A stretch of DNA of 64,000 bases from a virus (taxonomy: Duplodnaviria; Caudoviricetes), in IMG/VR virus record IMGVR_UViG_3300047160_005790, positions 1 through 64,000 of that record. One strand, given 5' to 3'. The position numbers were made by a program, and so were the translations under genes. Of the stretch, positions 28,424 to 39,049 are shown piece by piece (position 1 is the first letter of the stretch; every line of letters starts with the position of its first letter). The notes below the pieces were generated by a model. That model made no database searches, was not told the origin of the DNA, and worked only from the letters and a program-made list of their open reading frames with translations.

Positions 28424-29014
28424 GTGTCCACTATGGACGAACCGGATCCTAACACTTTCGAGGCAATAGCGGCTGAACCGAGTAGGCCGTCTGGTCAAGA
28501 CGACGGCCTGCTCACCGCCCTTCGGCAGCAGCGCGACGCACTCGCTTCGACGCGCGACACCTATGTGCCGATTCAGGGCTACGGGGAGAACACCGGCATC
28601 TCGCTCTGGGCGCATTACCGGCTGCTCGATGCGATTGAGTTAGACGCGATCGGTCGCAAAGTCGCTCAAGAGTTTCGCTCAAACCGGCAGCAGCGCGAGC
28701 GCATCTTGTGGGCGGGCGTCGATGCAATGATCGAGGCTTGCGACGGCATCTTCTACCAGATTCAGGGTGAGAGCGAGAAGCATATCATGACGATCGACGG
28801 CGTGCCGATCAACGGCTTCAACGTCGGTATCGCTCGGGCGCTTGGTTTCGAAGACAAGATCGCCCCTCATTCACCGGAACGTTCGATCGTGCTCGGCGTG
28901 TTCGGGAACAACGTGTCTTCTGTTCAAATTCATACGATGCTTCTGGGTCGTTGGATGGCCAACACGACGATCGACGTGACCGAAGAGTTCTTGGAGGCCG
29001 GGGGAAACCTCTAG
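28424..29014 (+). CDS. Tail assembly chaperone
   Basis: Between tube and tape measure; ends at a slippery site. Confidence 0.75.
   Translation: MSTMDEPDPNTFEAIAAEPSRPSGQDDGLLTALRQQRDALASTRDTYVPIQGYGENTGISLWAHYRLLDAIELDAIGRKVAQEFRSNRQQRERILWAGVDAMIEACDGIFYQIQGESEKHIMTIDGVPINGFNVGIARALGFEDKIAPHSPERSIVLGVFGNNVSSVQIHTMLLGRWMANTTIDVTEEFLEAGGNL
29002..29008 (+). other. -1 programmed ribosomal frameshift heptamer G GGA AAC
   Basis: X XXY YYZ in the chaperone frame; the -1 frame stays open to 29223 (GKPLASEMIEA...). Confidence 0.85.
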
Positions 29015-29222
29015 CGAGCGAGATGATTGAGGCAGCCGCACACGTCTCGCTCGCTGGCCTCAGTGCAGACAAATACCTTCGTACCAAGGACGTCCTCGAA
29101 CGGCTGTTGATGCAACGCGTCACAAACCGGCAGCACGAACTTGAGAACGAACGCGACCAATATCGTGCGCAGTTGATTGCGAACGAAATCGGCAAAATGC
29201 TCAACTCGGGGTTCAAGAAATA

Positions 29223-31487
29223 ATGGCTGTACCTGGCGAAGTCATCATCAATACTCGCTTGATGGGTTGGCGAGAAGTCGTCGCCGGGTTGCAGGCTGAG
29301 GCCGAGTCTCTGATCGAACTCGGCGCGGCTTCGATGACAGCTGGCCGCGCGATGAAGGAAACGAACGAGCGCAGCTTCGTCCTGAATCAAGGTGTCTTCA
29401 CGGCCCGGCGTGTTTTGTACGCCGGGTCGCTCGCTTTCTTGGCTATGGGCGCCGCGGCCCTCAAGATGGGCTGGGACTTCAACAGTGCGATGCAGACCTC
29501 GATGGTCGCGTTGAAGCCCGTGCTCGGCAGCGTACGGGCAACTCGGAACGAGCTGAACTACTTGTTCCGACAATCGGCGTTTACGCCGTTCCAGTTCAAG
29601 GACATCACGATCGCCTTCCGGCAGATGCTCGCGGGGTTCAAGGGCACAGGGTTGTCCGTGAAGGAAACGAACCAAGCCTTGTTTGCTATGATCGACGCTC
29701 TGTCCTACGCCGGTCGTACGTCGCCGGGCGCTCTCAACCGCGTGTCTGTTGCTCTACAGCACATGATGAATCTCGGGCACATCACTGGACAGACGATCAA
29801 TCAGCTTTCCCGCGACGGCATTCAGATCAGCCAGGCTTTGCGAAAGGAGCTCGGACTAAGCCAGGATCAGATTCACAACATCGGTCGCATGAACATCGAC
29901 AGTGCGACGGCCATGCGTGCGATTGTGAAGTACATCGAGACGACGCCGGGTTTCATGCGCGCTGCTTTTCGTCAGGCGACCCAAACGCTACAGGGTGCAT
30001 TTACGACGTTCAAAGACCTTCTCTCACAAGCAGTTGGCAACGCACAGAGCGGCTTGTTCGGCGGCGTCACCAAGTTCTTCCAGAGCGTCGATTTGGCCCT
30101 CAAGCCTGTGTACAGCCGAAAGAATCAGCCCGTTACCCTTTTTGACATGGCCAAGGCGATTGACCAGGTTGTATCGCCGAAGTCACATGCGATGATGAAT
30201 TTGTTCCACGATATAGGAACGGCCCTTCAATCGCTCGGGCAAATATTCCACAGCCTCTTTCAAACGTTCAAAGAATCGCGGGCGATTTGGACCGGAGTTG
30301 CTGTTGCGTTTGGTGTTCTGAATATTGCCCTCCAGACATTCAATTGGTTGCTCGGACAGGGGTTGGGGCCAGTTCTGGGTGGCGTTGTCGGTTACATGAT
30401 CATTTTCGAGACAGCTTCTCTCGTCATCATAGGTGTCACGCGCACCTGGCGGGCACTTTTGATAGGCGTGAAAGTTGCCTTAATTGCGTGGAAGATTGCT
30501 GAAATTGGCGCACTTGTCGTGCAGTATTTGCTCATCCGTGCCCAGATCTGGTGGAACGCCGTGACGGCAGAAGGCACTGTCGTCAGGGAAGCTTCTCGAC
30601 TAGAACTGGTGTTCTGGAATGCCGTTGTCAAGACTGGCACGGCGCTTATGTGGTTGCTCAGCTTAGCGACGAGCGCGGACGCACGAGCGCAGCTTTGGGC
30701 CAACATTCAGTTTGCGATTGCGCGCGCGAGGGTCGTCGCAGCAGCTATCGCAACGGCGCTTTACACGGTAGCCATGAATCTTTTGACTGGTTCGACGATT
30801 GACCTTGCGATTACGACCGGCGTATTGACCGACGCCCTTTCGGCACTAGGGGTGGCGATCATGGCCGTTCCGGTGATCGGCTGGGTCATAGCCTTGATCA
30901 CCCTGCTCGTGGTGCTGTACTTCCGGTGGGGTGCGTTTCATCGTTTGGTCAATCGAATCTTCGATTGGATCAAGGATCACTGGAAGCTGCTCGCCCTGAT
31001 CCTCGTCAGTCCGTTCGCCGTATTGGGGTATGAGGTCGTCAAGCACTTCGACTGGATCAAGAACAAGATCAACAGCTTCTGGAACTGGCTCAAGAACATC
31101 TTCCACGAAGTGCTCACAGTCAAAGTTCGATTCAGCTTCCCGGGCAGCGGCATCTTGAACAAGATTCTCACGGTTGAGAAGTACACCAATCCTGTGACGG
31201 CGCCGTTCTTTATTGGCAAGAAACTGTTCGACTGGTCAGGACTCGCAGGCGGCGGCACGGCCCTGTCGCCTGGCTACGCCATGGTGGGCGAGCATGGGCC
31301 AGAAGTCGTTCACTTGCCGATGGGGGCGAGCGTCGTACCGCTTAACCGTTCGACGGCGTACAATGAAGGTTGGGGAAGCGGCATGAGTTTGCAGATTGAA
31401 GTCTACCCTCAACAGATTATGTTAGACGGACGAGTGCTAGCCGAGTCGATCGCACAAGTCAAGACGAACTTGGAGGCGCGGCGATGA
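29223..31487 (+). CDS. Tape measure protein
   Basis: 754 aa, helical and hydrophobic; TPF...I, QGAFTTFKD; C-terminal MVGEHGPEVV.LP. Confidence 0.9.
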   Translation: MAVPGEVIINTRLMGWREVVAGLQAEAESLIELGAASMTAGRAMKETNERSFVLNQGVFTARRVLYAGSLAFLAMGAAALKMGWDFNSAMQTSMVALKPVLGSVRATRNELNYLFRQSAFTPFQFKDITIAFRQMLAGFKGTGLSVKETNQALFAMIDALSYAGRTSPGALNRVSVALQHMMNLGHITGQTINQLSRDGIQISQALRKELGLSQDQIHNIGRMNIDSATAMRAIVKYIETTPGFMRAAFRQATQTLQGAFTTFKDLLSQAVGNAQSGLFGGVTKFFQSVDLALKPVYSRKNQPVTLFDMAKAIDQVVSPKSHAMMNLFHDIGTALQSLGQIFHSLFQTFKESRAIWTGVAVAFGVLNIALQTFNWLLGQGLGPVLGGVVGYMIIFETASLVIIGVTRTWRALLIGVKVALIAWKIAEIGALVVQYLLIRAQIWWNAVTAEGTVVREASRLELVFWNAVVKTGTALMWLLSLATSADARAQLWANIQFAIARARVVAAAIATALYTVAMNLLTGSTIDLAITTGVLTDALSALGVAIMAVPVIGWVIALITLLVVLYFRWGAFHRLVNRIFDWIKDHWKLLALILVSPFAVLGYEVVKHFDWIKNKINSFWNWLKNIFHEVLTVKVRFSFPGSGILNKILTVEKYTNPVTAPFFIGKKLFDWSGLAGGGTALSPGYAMVGEHGPEVVHLPMGASVVPLNRSTAYNEGWGSGMSLQIEVYPQQIMLDGRVLAESIAQVKTNLEARR

Positions 31488-32176
31488 GTACACCGGGCAC
31501 GTCGCTCTTAGCTCCTCGCTATTACGTCATCCTTACGTCGAGCTTGCCTTCATTACTCGTCTTGCTTCTGTGGCAGAACTCTGCCAAGATGACGGATGGC
31601 TACGGTGGTTGGGAAGTGATCGAGCGGCCGCGGCGCGTCGGCCTCGTCAACTACAAAGGCTTGAGCCCGTTGCGCATGGACATTCAGGTCGTGTTCGAAG
31701 GGCTCGCCAACGAAGAGGGCCAGGAAGCGAACATCGCAATCCTTGAAGCTATGGCGATGCCCGCCGGTGACAATCTGCCGCCGCCGACTGTGAACATCAT
31801 TGGCCCGATGCCGCACACGGACGTGCTGTGGGTGATCGAGAGTATTGACTGGGACGAGACAACGGCGATATGGGATGTACAGGGTAACTCGCCCGTCCGG
31901 CTTCGGCAGGTTGCGACGATTCATCTGCTTCAAATGGTCAACGTTGACATCCTCGTTACGTCGGTGACGCCTGCGGTGAGAGCGAACGGGAATTCGGGCG
32001 GCGGCAAGTCAGTGGTCTCGAAAGGCACGACGGCGAAGGACATCGCCAAGGATCAATATGGGGATCAGAATCTTTGGTCGGTGATCGCGGGCGCCAATCC
32101 TTGGATTCAGGACCCGCGCGTCGTCATACCGGCAGGGCAGCCGATCATCATTCCGCCGAAGGCGAAGGCTAACTGA
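31484..32176 (+). CDS. LysM-containing tail tube initiator/baseplate protein
   Basis: C-terminal LysM-like KDIAKDQYGDQNLWSVIAGANP...IIIPP. Confidence 0.75.
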   Translation: MSTPGTSLLAPRYYVILTSSLPSLLVLLLWQNSAKMTDGYGGWEVIERPRRVGLVNYKGLSPLRMDIQVVFEGLANEEGQEANIAILEAMAMPAGDNLPPPTVNIIGPMPHTDVLWVIESIDWDETTAIWDVQGNSPVRLRQVATIHLLQMVNVDILVTSVTPAVRANGNSGGGKSVVSKGTTAKDIAKDQYGDQNLWSVIAGANPWIQDPRVVIPAGQPIIIPPKAKAN

Positions 32177-34311
32177 TGCCAGAAACTGTCGGCCACGTCG
32201 TACGCGATTCTCTCCAGCAGAGCAACCTCGTCCCGCAGTCACAAATGGAGCTGCTTCAGGGCGACGTTGATCTCAACGGTTTCTTCCTCGAAATGCGAAA
32301 CAAGGCCGGGGTGCAGCTCGTCGATTCGATCACAGACGCGACGATCGAGCGCACCGTCGAGGGCGCGAGTACGTTGACCGTTCAGGTTCAAGACAGCGAC
32401 CTGAAACTTTTGAATAGCGGGAGCCTCGGCCGGCATGTCGATGTAAACGTCGATGGTCTGTGGTTTACGCTCGTCGCCGTTAGCAAAAGCGGACGTCAGT
32501 TAACGTTGACGTTCGAGGAGCGCGAGGTCAACGTCCTTCGCTACTACAAAAAGTTCCTGCGCGCCAAGCGAACGCCGACGATGACTCGGGCGCGCTTCGT
32601 GCTGCGCATGATTCAGGAAGTCAAAGAGCTGCCGCTACGTTGGTTCATTCCGGACCTCAAAACTGTCATGGGCATCAGCGATATTCAGCCGGGTCAGTCG
32701 ATCGTCGGTCCGGATGGCAATCCGTTGCCCAATGTGTTCATTGACCCCGTATCGCAACAAATCGTGAGCGACTCAGGTACGGGGGCGGCGGTCGGGCACA
32801 ATCAGGGCGGCATCTCGGGGACGCAAAAGACGAGCTTGACAGTCAAGGGCTCTCCGATCGACGCTGAGCAGATCAACAACACGAACGCGATTCTTGCTAT
32901 GGGCATGAGCATGAAGGTGCCTCGCAAGTTGCTCGTCGTTGCGATCATGGTCGCGATTCAGGAGAACTCGATCACCGGTGACACTGGACAGTATGTCTCT
33001 TCGCCGACGCCGCATAAAATCAACGTCGGCACCTTCCAGCAGGACAGCCGCTACTGGCCAGCGACGAACGACGCCGGTACCGATGCGGCAGGGTTCTTCA
33101 AGGCGGCGATCATCGCTAACATTGCGAATCCGACACTGAGCTATAACGATCTTGGCCAGAAGGTGCAGGGCAGCGCCTACCCGTACGCCTACGGCCCACA
33201 TCAAGCAGAAGCCGAAGCGATCGTCAACGCCTACGGCGTCAGCGGCGGCGACACGACGACCGGCCTGCCGGCGACGAAGGCGGCGACGAGCAGTCAGGAT
33301 CACACCGCGAACGTTCAGCAACCGCCCGTTACACAATACTCGACGGCGGCGGCCGTCTACGAGTATACGCGCGGCACGATCAGCCACAACAACAATCAAG
33401 GCCCGTACATCTTGACGCCGGAAGATAGCTGGACGGCTATGCAGCGACTCGCGGGCGAAGTCAATTGGTGGTGTTTCGTCGTCAGCGGCGTCATCTACTT
33501 CATAAGCAGCGTCAACTTGTTCCAGGGCAAGTCGCTCATGACGATCGACGAGGACACCGAAGGCGTCGATACCATCGACTTCGACTACGACGAGGGCAAG
33601 CGCGTCGCGACAGTGACGGTTAACTGCCACATGTCTCGCTGGACGGCGCCGCCCGGCGGCATCGTCACCCTCGGTCGGCAGATGGGAATCGTGCAGGGAC
33701 GCTGGCTCGTGACAACGGTGCGCCGCAGCCTCTACAACACGCAGGGCACGATCACCCTCAAGAAGCCGCTGCCCGTACTGCCGGAGCCTAGCTCGAACGT
33801 CGCCGGTCAAAGCACGCAGCAGCAGAATGTCTTGCCGCCTGTCAGCGACATCACTCCCGGCAACGTTCCGTATCCGGGTGGCGGACGCAACGCGCCGGAG
33901 AACCCTGCGCTGCCGGGTACGAAGGCGTACCAGGTGATCGAGTACGTCAAGCGGCAGATCGGTGTACCGTACGTTTGGGGCGCCGAAATCGAGGGCAAGG
34001 CGTTCGACTGCTCTGGGCTGACTCAAGCGGCGTACGCGACGGTCGGTGTCGTCATACCTCACAACGCTCAGGCGCAGTACGACTTGGGTCCACAAGTTTC
34101 TGCCGCACAAAACCTTCAGCCTGGCGATCTCGTGTATTTTGACGAAGACCCTCCGGGGCACGATCCTACGCGAATCGGCCATGTTGGAGTATACATCGGC
34201 GGCGGCCAGTTCATTCATGCTCCGCACACTGGTGATGTGGTGAAGGTATCGAGCTTGAATGACACTTGGTACGCAGAGCACTACGCAGGGGCGTCTAGGC
34301 CGGGCGGCTGA
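32176..34311 (+). CDS. Baseplate hub with lysozyme-like insert and C-terminal NlpC/P60
   Basis: AIMVAIQE...GTFQQ insert; GVPYVWG...FDCSGL...GDLVYF...GHVGVYIGGGQFIHAP. Confidence 0.85.
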   Translation: MPETVGHVVRDSLQQSNLVPQSQMELLQGDVDLNGFFLEMRNKAGVQLVDSITDATIERTVEGASTLTVQVQDSDLKLLNSGSLGRHVDVNVDGLWFTLVAVSKSGRQLTLTFEEREVNVLRYYKKFLRAKRTPTMTRARFVLRMIQEVKELPLRWFIPDLKTVMGISDIQPGQSIVGPDGNPLPNVFIDPVSQQIVSDSGTGAAVGHNQGGISGTQKTSLTVKGSPIDAEQINNTNAILAMGMSMKVPRKLLVVAIMVAIQENSITGDTGQYVSSPTPHKINVGTFQQDSRYWPATNDAGTDAAGFFKAAIIANIANPTLSYNDLGQKVQGSAYPYAYGPHQAEAEAIVNAYGVSGGDTTTGLPATKAATSSQDHTANVQQPPVTQYSTAAAVYEYTRGTISHNNNQGPYILTPEDSWTAMQRLAGEVNWWCFVVSGVIYFISSVNLFQGKSLMTIDEDTEGVDTIDFDYDEGKRVATVTVNCHMSRWTAPPGGIVTLGRQMGIVQGRWLVTTVRRSLYNTQGTITLKKPLPVLPEPSSNVAGQSTQQQNVLPPVSDITPGNVPYPGGGRNAPENPALPGTKAYQVIEYVKRQIGVPYVWGAEIEGKAFDCSGLTQAAYATVGVVIPHNAQAQYDLGPQVSAAQNLQPGDLVYFDEDPPGHDPTRIGHVGVYIGGGQFIHAPHTGDVVKVSSLNDTWYAEHYAGASRPGG

Positions 34312-34312
34312 C

Positions 34313-34651
34313 ATGGCAGATATAAGGGACTTGATGGACGTTCAGGTGCGCGAGCACCAAACCGGCTACACCGGCGTCTGGTATTCGCAGTTCTCGCGCA
34401 ACATAGTCGATGATCGGTCGCTAGCGTATGTTCACATACCAGACATCGATCCCGTCGAGGAATACGGGCCGTTGAACTGGGAGCCGCACTACCGAGTCGC
34501 GCGCAGCCCCAGCACAGGTATGCCGACTATCGACTCGACGACGGGCTTTCCGGTGATCGTACAAATTCTGCCGGTCAAGGGCGACGCGGCTTTGCTCTTG
34601 TTCGACAATCGAGCCTTCTGGCGTTTGATTACTTGGTGGCCGGGAGCGTGA
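34313..34651 (+). CDS. Baseplate spike (gpV-like) N-terminal-type protein
   Basis: Synteny; LPVKGD..LLLF..W OB-type pattern. Confidence 0.55.
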   Translation: MADIRDLMDVQVREHQTGYTGVWYSQFSRNIVDDRSLAYVHIPDIDPVEEYGPLNWEPHYRVARSPSTGMPTIDSTTGFPVIVQILPVKGDAALLLFDNRAFWRLITWWPGA

Positions 34652-34661
34652 AAGGAGCGTA

Positions 34662-34982
34662 ATGCCGGTACAGATACCGCACTTCGATATGCCGTTCCGG
34701 TTCGCCCCCGGCGGCTCGGTAGTTACGGTCGAACAGAACAGCCAGGAAGACATCGACAACTGTGTCGAGGCGATCGTGCGAACGCCGCTCGGGTTTCGAG
34801 CCTACGTCCCGCGCTTCGGCATTTTTGATCCGGCGTTCGAGATTCAGCCGATCAACACCGATGTCATCAATGCTCAAATCTCTCTCAACGAGCCGCGCGC
34901 GCAAGCTCAGATTCGGCAGGATCCGGACGCTTTCGACGAGCTGATCGTGCACGTCAAGGTCGGTGTGACGGAATATGTCTAG
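34662..34982 (+). CDS. gp25-like baseplate wedge protein
   Basis: PFRF...I...RT..G.R...P.FG...EPR. Confidence 0.8.
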   Translation: MPVQIPHFDMPFRFAPGGSVVTVEQNSQEDIDNCVEAIVRTPLGFRAYVPRFGIFDPAFEIQPINTDVINAQISLNEPRAQAQIRQDPDAFDELIVHVKVGVTEYV

Positions 34983-36165
34983 TCGATTCGTCACGCTACC
35001 GTTCACGACTGATCCTCGGGACTTGATGGCCAAGGCGTTCGCCTACCTCCAAGGCAGGATTCCTGGCTGGCAGCCTGCCGAGGGCAACCTCGACACGTGG
35101 ATCGTCGAGGCGGTTGCTCAGGAGGCGAGCGACATCGCGACGCTCGCGACGCAAGTGCCGAAGGCGATCTTCCGATACCTCGGGGAGTCGTTGTACGGCT
35201 TCCCGCCGATCGCGGCGAGCGCCGCCAGCGTCGGCACGACGTGGTTCGCGAACGACAACGCTGGACACTTCATTCCAGCTGGTGCACAAGTTGGCATCTC
35301 TGATGCGGGTGGCACTATCTGGCCATTCTCAGTTCTCGCTGATGTCCTTTTGCCGACGGGGCAGACACAAACGCAAGCTGGGCAGGTTGTGTTGGTGGCG
35401 CAGCAGAATGGCTCGTTCGCCTCGGGTCTCGGAGCAAATGGTCAGATCGCTCAGTTGCTCGACACGATGCCCTGGGTGGATCATATCGTTCAGGTTGCGC
35501 CGACGGGCGGTGGCGTCGATGCAGAAACGGATGATGACTATCTTGATCGTCTAGCGGCCGAACTTCGACTTATGTCGCCGCGGCCGATACTGCCGCAAGA
35601 CTTTGCCGTGCTTGCTCGTAACGTCGCGGGTGTTCAACGTGCTGTAGCGATCGACGGCTACAACCCGGCCGACGGCACGTTTTTCAACGAGCGCATGGTT
35701 TGTATCGTCGCGCTCGACGCCAGCGGTGCGGCAGTAAGCGGCGCAATCAAAACTGCGATCACGAACTACCTCGAACCGCTGCGCGAGGTCAACTTCGCTG
35801 TCACTACGACCGACGCGACGCTCTCAGAGATCGACGTAACAGTTCAAGCGGCGCGCTCGCTTGGTTACAGTTCGAGCGATGTGGCCGATCGTATCGGGCT
35901 TACGATCATGAACTACTTGAATCCGACGATCTGGGGCATCACGATGTCTGACAATCCGAACGACCCGAAGACGTGGAACAATCTGACGGCCATTCGCTAT
36001 ATCGACTTGGGAGCTGCCGTTCGTGATACGCCAGGCGTCGAGTACGTTGCGGGTTTGACGATCGGCCTTCATGGACAAACACAATCATCTGATGACCTTG
36101 ATCTCAACGGAATCGCCCCTCTGCCGTTTACTCAACTTACAGACTTGACGATTCAGGTCGCATAG
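34975..36165 (+). CDS. Baseplate J-like protein
   Basis: GGVDAETDDDYLDRL...DF..LA..V.GV.RA. Confidence 0.88.
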   Translation: MSSRFVTLPFTTDPRDLMAKAFAYLQGRIPGWQPAEGNLDTWIVEAVAQEASDIATLATQVPKAIFRYLGESLYGFPPIAASAASVGTTWFANDNAGHFIPAGAQVGISDAGGTIWPFSVLADVLLPTGQTQTQAGQVVLVAQQNGSFASGLGANGQIAQLLDTMPWVDHIVQVAPTGGGVDAETDDDYLDRLAAELRLMSPRPILPQDFAVLARNVAGVQRAVAIDGYNPADGTFFNERMVCIVALDASGAAVSGAIKTAITNYLEPLREVNFAVTTTDATLSEIDVTVQAARSLGYSSSDVADRIGLTIMNYLNPTIWGITMSDNPNDPKTWNNLTAIRYIDLGAAVRDTPGVEYVAGLTIGLHGQTQSSDDLDLNGIAPLPFTQLTDLTIQVA

Positions 36166-36173
36166 GAGACGCC

Positions 36174-36584
36174 ATGGCTGACTTCGTCTATGACAAGGCG
36201 TTGGAGGACATCGGCGCCGCTCTGATCAATCTTGTCACCGACACGATCAAGGTTGTCGCTGCCAAGTCCACATACTCTGCCGTCAAAACGGCGACGAATC
36301 CGACGCTCAACGACATCGCGAGCGGCGACCGTGTGGTGATCGGCACGCTTGCGAACAAGACGGAAGTTGGCGGCGTGTTCAGCGCTGACCCGACTACGTT
36401 GCCGGCAACACCTAACGGTGTTGCTGCTTCGCAGTTGATCGTCTACAAAGACACCGGGTCGCCGACGACTTCGCGGCTGATTTTGCACATCGACTCGGCG
36501 ACCGGCTTGCCGTTTACGGGCAACGGTCTCGACGCGACGATCAACTGGCCGACGAGCGACCCCAACAAGATCTTCAAGATCTGA
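36174..36584 (+). CDS. Small virion adaptor protein
   Basis: YKDTG...TSRLI...GLP..NG; paralogous to the C-terminus of the next gene. Confidence 0.7.
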   Translation: MADFVYDKALEDIGAALINLVTDTIKVVAAKSTYSAVKTATNPTLNDIASGDRVVIGTLANKTEVGGVFSADPTTLPATPNGVAASQLIVYKDTGSPTTSRLILHIDSATGLPFTGNGLDATINWPTSDPNKIFKI

Positions 36585-36585
36585 C

Positions 36586-39042
36586 ATGACGATCATCAGC
36601 ACGAGTCACTATAACGATCAGAACTACCCGAATCCCGGGAACGGCTGGCCGAATGGTTGGACCTATGATGCAAACTACGGTCCTACGAATCAGCTTACGA
36701 TCATCAATGATCCGCATGGCTCTGTCAACTACGTCGGTAGGTGGCATGCGACGCAGGGAGCAAGTCAACAGGGTTGGGGCGAGGGAATGGAGGCGTATAA
36801 CGGAATCGCTGACAACATTCACTTTCCGACCGGGGGTGGAATGTTCGAGGGTGCGGACGAGTGGTATTCGATGGCGTACAAAACTGATGCAGGTTTCTCT
36901 GATCCGCTCGGCTGGTTGGCCGTTACCCAGTGGTATTGTAACGATTATAACGCAACAGCCCCTAACGGTTGGAACTTTTTCCTCGGTTCGCCCCCGATGA
37001 TCATCTCGATCGGCAGGAACGGCATCTGGGCTAGTCACAACGCCGGTTACGCCACAATAAAGGGGCCGGGCCTTGCCTCTAGTTACGAGACGACGGGTTA
37101 CTACAGCCCGATTATGCCGCAGGCGCAGATGGTTTATGGGGTGTGGATCGATGTTCTTCTGCACGTCGTCTGGTCGAAGGGCGCCCCCGGATACAAAGCG
37201 ACCGGCAACGGCTTCTTCGAGTCCTGGTATCGCCGGGCTGGCATCGACGCCGATTGGGTTCAGACGAACAGCGTATCGAACCCGACGCTTCGCTGGAACG
37301 AACAATACAACGGCGGCGTCTCGCCGGGTATCGGAATGATGAAGCAGGGCATCTACCGCGGAAGCGGTTGTCGAACTTCGGCTGGTACGGGGCCGCAATG
37401 GTCAACAGGCGGCAACATAGGTCACTGGCAAAGTGGTGCTGATCATTGTCAGTATGGCACTATGACGGCGCAGGCAGACACAGTGGTTTATACGGCAGGT
37501 ATACGACGTACTACGACTCGCGCCGAAGCTGAAGCATTCGTCGGGGCTAGTGGCTCGTCACCCCCGCCATCTCCTCCTCCATCTCCTCCACCTCCTCCAT
37601 CTCCTCCACCTCCTCCTCCTCCGCCGACAAATCCGGCGCCGCCCGCGGTCGCCAGCGGGCATACGCGCATCGGCTCGGTCGATGGTTCGTATACGACGCT
37701 TTCGACGCCCGACCGCACTCGCGTCAACAGTCTGGTCGCGATACCGGCCGGTGCGCAGATTGACCACATCTATCACTGGGTCGGCAACGCACAGGGCGGG
37801 GCGGCGACGCTTATCTACGTTTTGTACGCCGACGTATCCGGCAGCCCCGCGGGCGGCGCGCTCATAGGATCTTCGTCGCCGGTAACGATCGCGCTCGGAC
37901 AGGCGATGGGTTGGGTATCTGTTGCGCTAAGCACGCCTTGGGCGGCGCCGTCGGCTTGCTGGCTCGGCTACATTCAGGGCGGCAACAACGTCGATGTCGG
38001 ATACTCGGCCCTTGCGTCGAGCGAAGCGCTCACTTCGGACTTGTACAGCGACGGCCCCGCCAACCCGTTCCCGGCGTCGCCGACAATCACAGGTGTTCTG
38101 TTTGCGCTCGTTGCGGACTACTCGATCGTCGGCGGCGGCGCCTTGCCCGCGGCGGCGAGCGGCCGTACCCGCGTCGGTAGCTCGACGGCGGGCACGCCGA
38201 CGACGCTGGTGCCAAACCTCAAGCGCGTCAACAAGCTCGCAGCGCTGCCGGCAGGAGCGGTCGTCGATCAGATCTACGCCAACATAGGCAACGCCGTAAC
38301 GTCACCGGCGCGTATCACGTTCGTGTTGTACGACGATCCCGGCAGCGGGCCGGTTGCGCTACTCAGTCAGAGCCCCGAGATACTCATCGCCGTGGGGCAG
38401 GCGCAGGGCTGGGTGGGAGTCACGATGACTACACCGATGGTCGCTTCGCAAAACTGCTGGCTCGGCTACATTCAAGGCGATGCGAACTGTGACGTCGGCA
38501 CAACGTCGGTGACGGGCGCTATGTTGTACAGCCTCGACACATACAGCGACGGCCCGAGCAACCCATTCGGTTCTGGGTCTGTGGCCAATCTACAGATGGC
38601 GATGGTCGCCGACTACTACATTTCCCTGCCGTCGCTCGTGTTGGGTGACTATGTGTGGACCATTACGCGCGAAGAAATCGGTAAAGCGGCGCACGACCTT
38701 CTGCATGCGAGCATCAAGATTGTCGCCTTGACGCGAGCGTACAACCCGAATCAAGCTGGTGCCAACCCGACGCTCGTTGACGTTCCGAGTGCGGCGCGCG
38801 TCGCAACGGCGACACTCACCGGCCGCTCTTTGACGGCTGGTGTCTTCACTGCCGCCGATCCGACGTTCCCGACGCCGACGGCTGGACAGGCGATTGAGCA
38901 ATTCGTGATCTATAAGGACACCGGTACAGAATCGACTTCGCGGCTGATCGCTCGTTTGACGAGCTACAATGGCTTGCCGCTCGTAACGAACGGTGCGCCA
39001 TTCATATTGAGGTTCCCACCCGCTAACATCTTCGCCCTGTGA
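36586..39042 (+). CDS. Receptor-binding/fibre protein: lyase-like domain, Pro linker, two beta domains, C-terminal adaptor domain
   Basis: Domain paralogy to 2635..3924, 20305..24489 and 36174..36584 is visible in the translations. Confidence 0.7.
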   Translation: MTIISTSHYNDQNYPNPGNGWPNGWTYDANYGPTNQLTIINDPHGSVNYVGRWHATQGASQQGWGEGMEAYNGIADNIHFPTGGGMFEGADEWYSMAYKTDAGFSDPLGWLAVTQWYCNDYNATAPNGWNFFLGSPPMIISIGRNGIWASHNAGYATIKGPGLASSYETTGYYSPIMPQAQMVYGVWIDVLLHVVWSKGAPGYKATGNGFFESWYRRAGIDADWVQTNSVSNPTLRWNEQYNGGVSPGIGMMKQGIYRGSGCRTSAGTGPQWSTGGNIGHWQSGADHCQYGTMTAQADTVVYTAGIRRTTTRAEAEAFVGASGSSPPPSPPPSPPPPPSPPPPPPPPTNPAPPAVASGHTRIGSVDGSYTTLSTPDRTRVNSLVAIPAGAQIDHIYHWVGNAQGGAATLIYVLYADVSGSPAGGALIGSSSPVTIALGQAMGWVSVALSTPWAAPSACWLGYIQGGNNVDVGYSALASSEALTSDLYSDGPANPFPASPTITGVLFALVADYSIVGGGALPAAASGRTRVGSSTAGTPTTLVPNLKRVNKLAALPAGAVVDQIYANIGNAVTSPARITFVLYDDPGSGPVALLSQSPEILIAVGQAQGWVGVTMTTPMVASQNCWLGYIQGDANCDVGTTSVTGAMLYSLDTYSDGPSNPFGSGSVANLQMAMVADYYISLPSLVLGDYVWTITREEIGKAAHDLLHASIKIVALTRAYNPNQAGANPTLVDVPSAARVATATLTGRSLTAGVFTAADPTFPTPTAGQAIEQFVIYKDTGTESTSRLIARLTSYNGLPLVTNGAPFILRFPPANIFAL

Positions 39043-39049
39043 GCAGGTA

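Noticed and set aside
29002-29223. -1 frameshift as a novel recoding event
   Set aside because: This is the well-known tail-assembly-chaperone frameshift; it is listed as a feature only.
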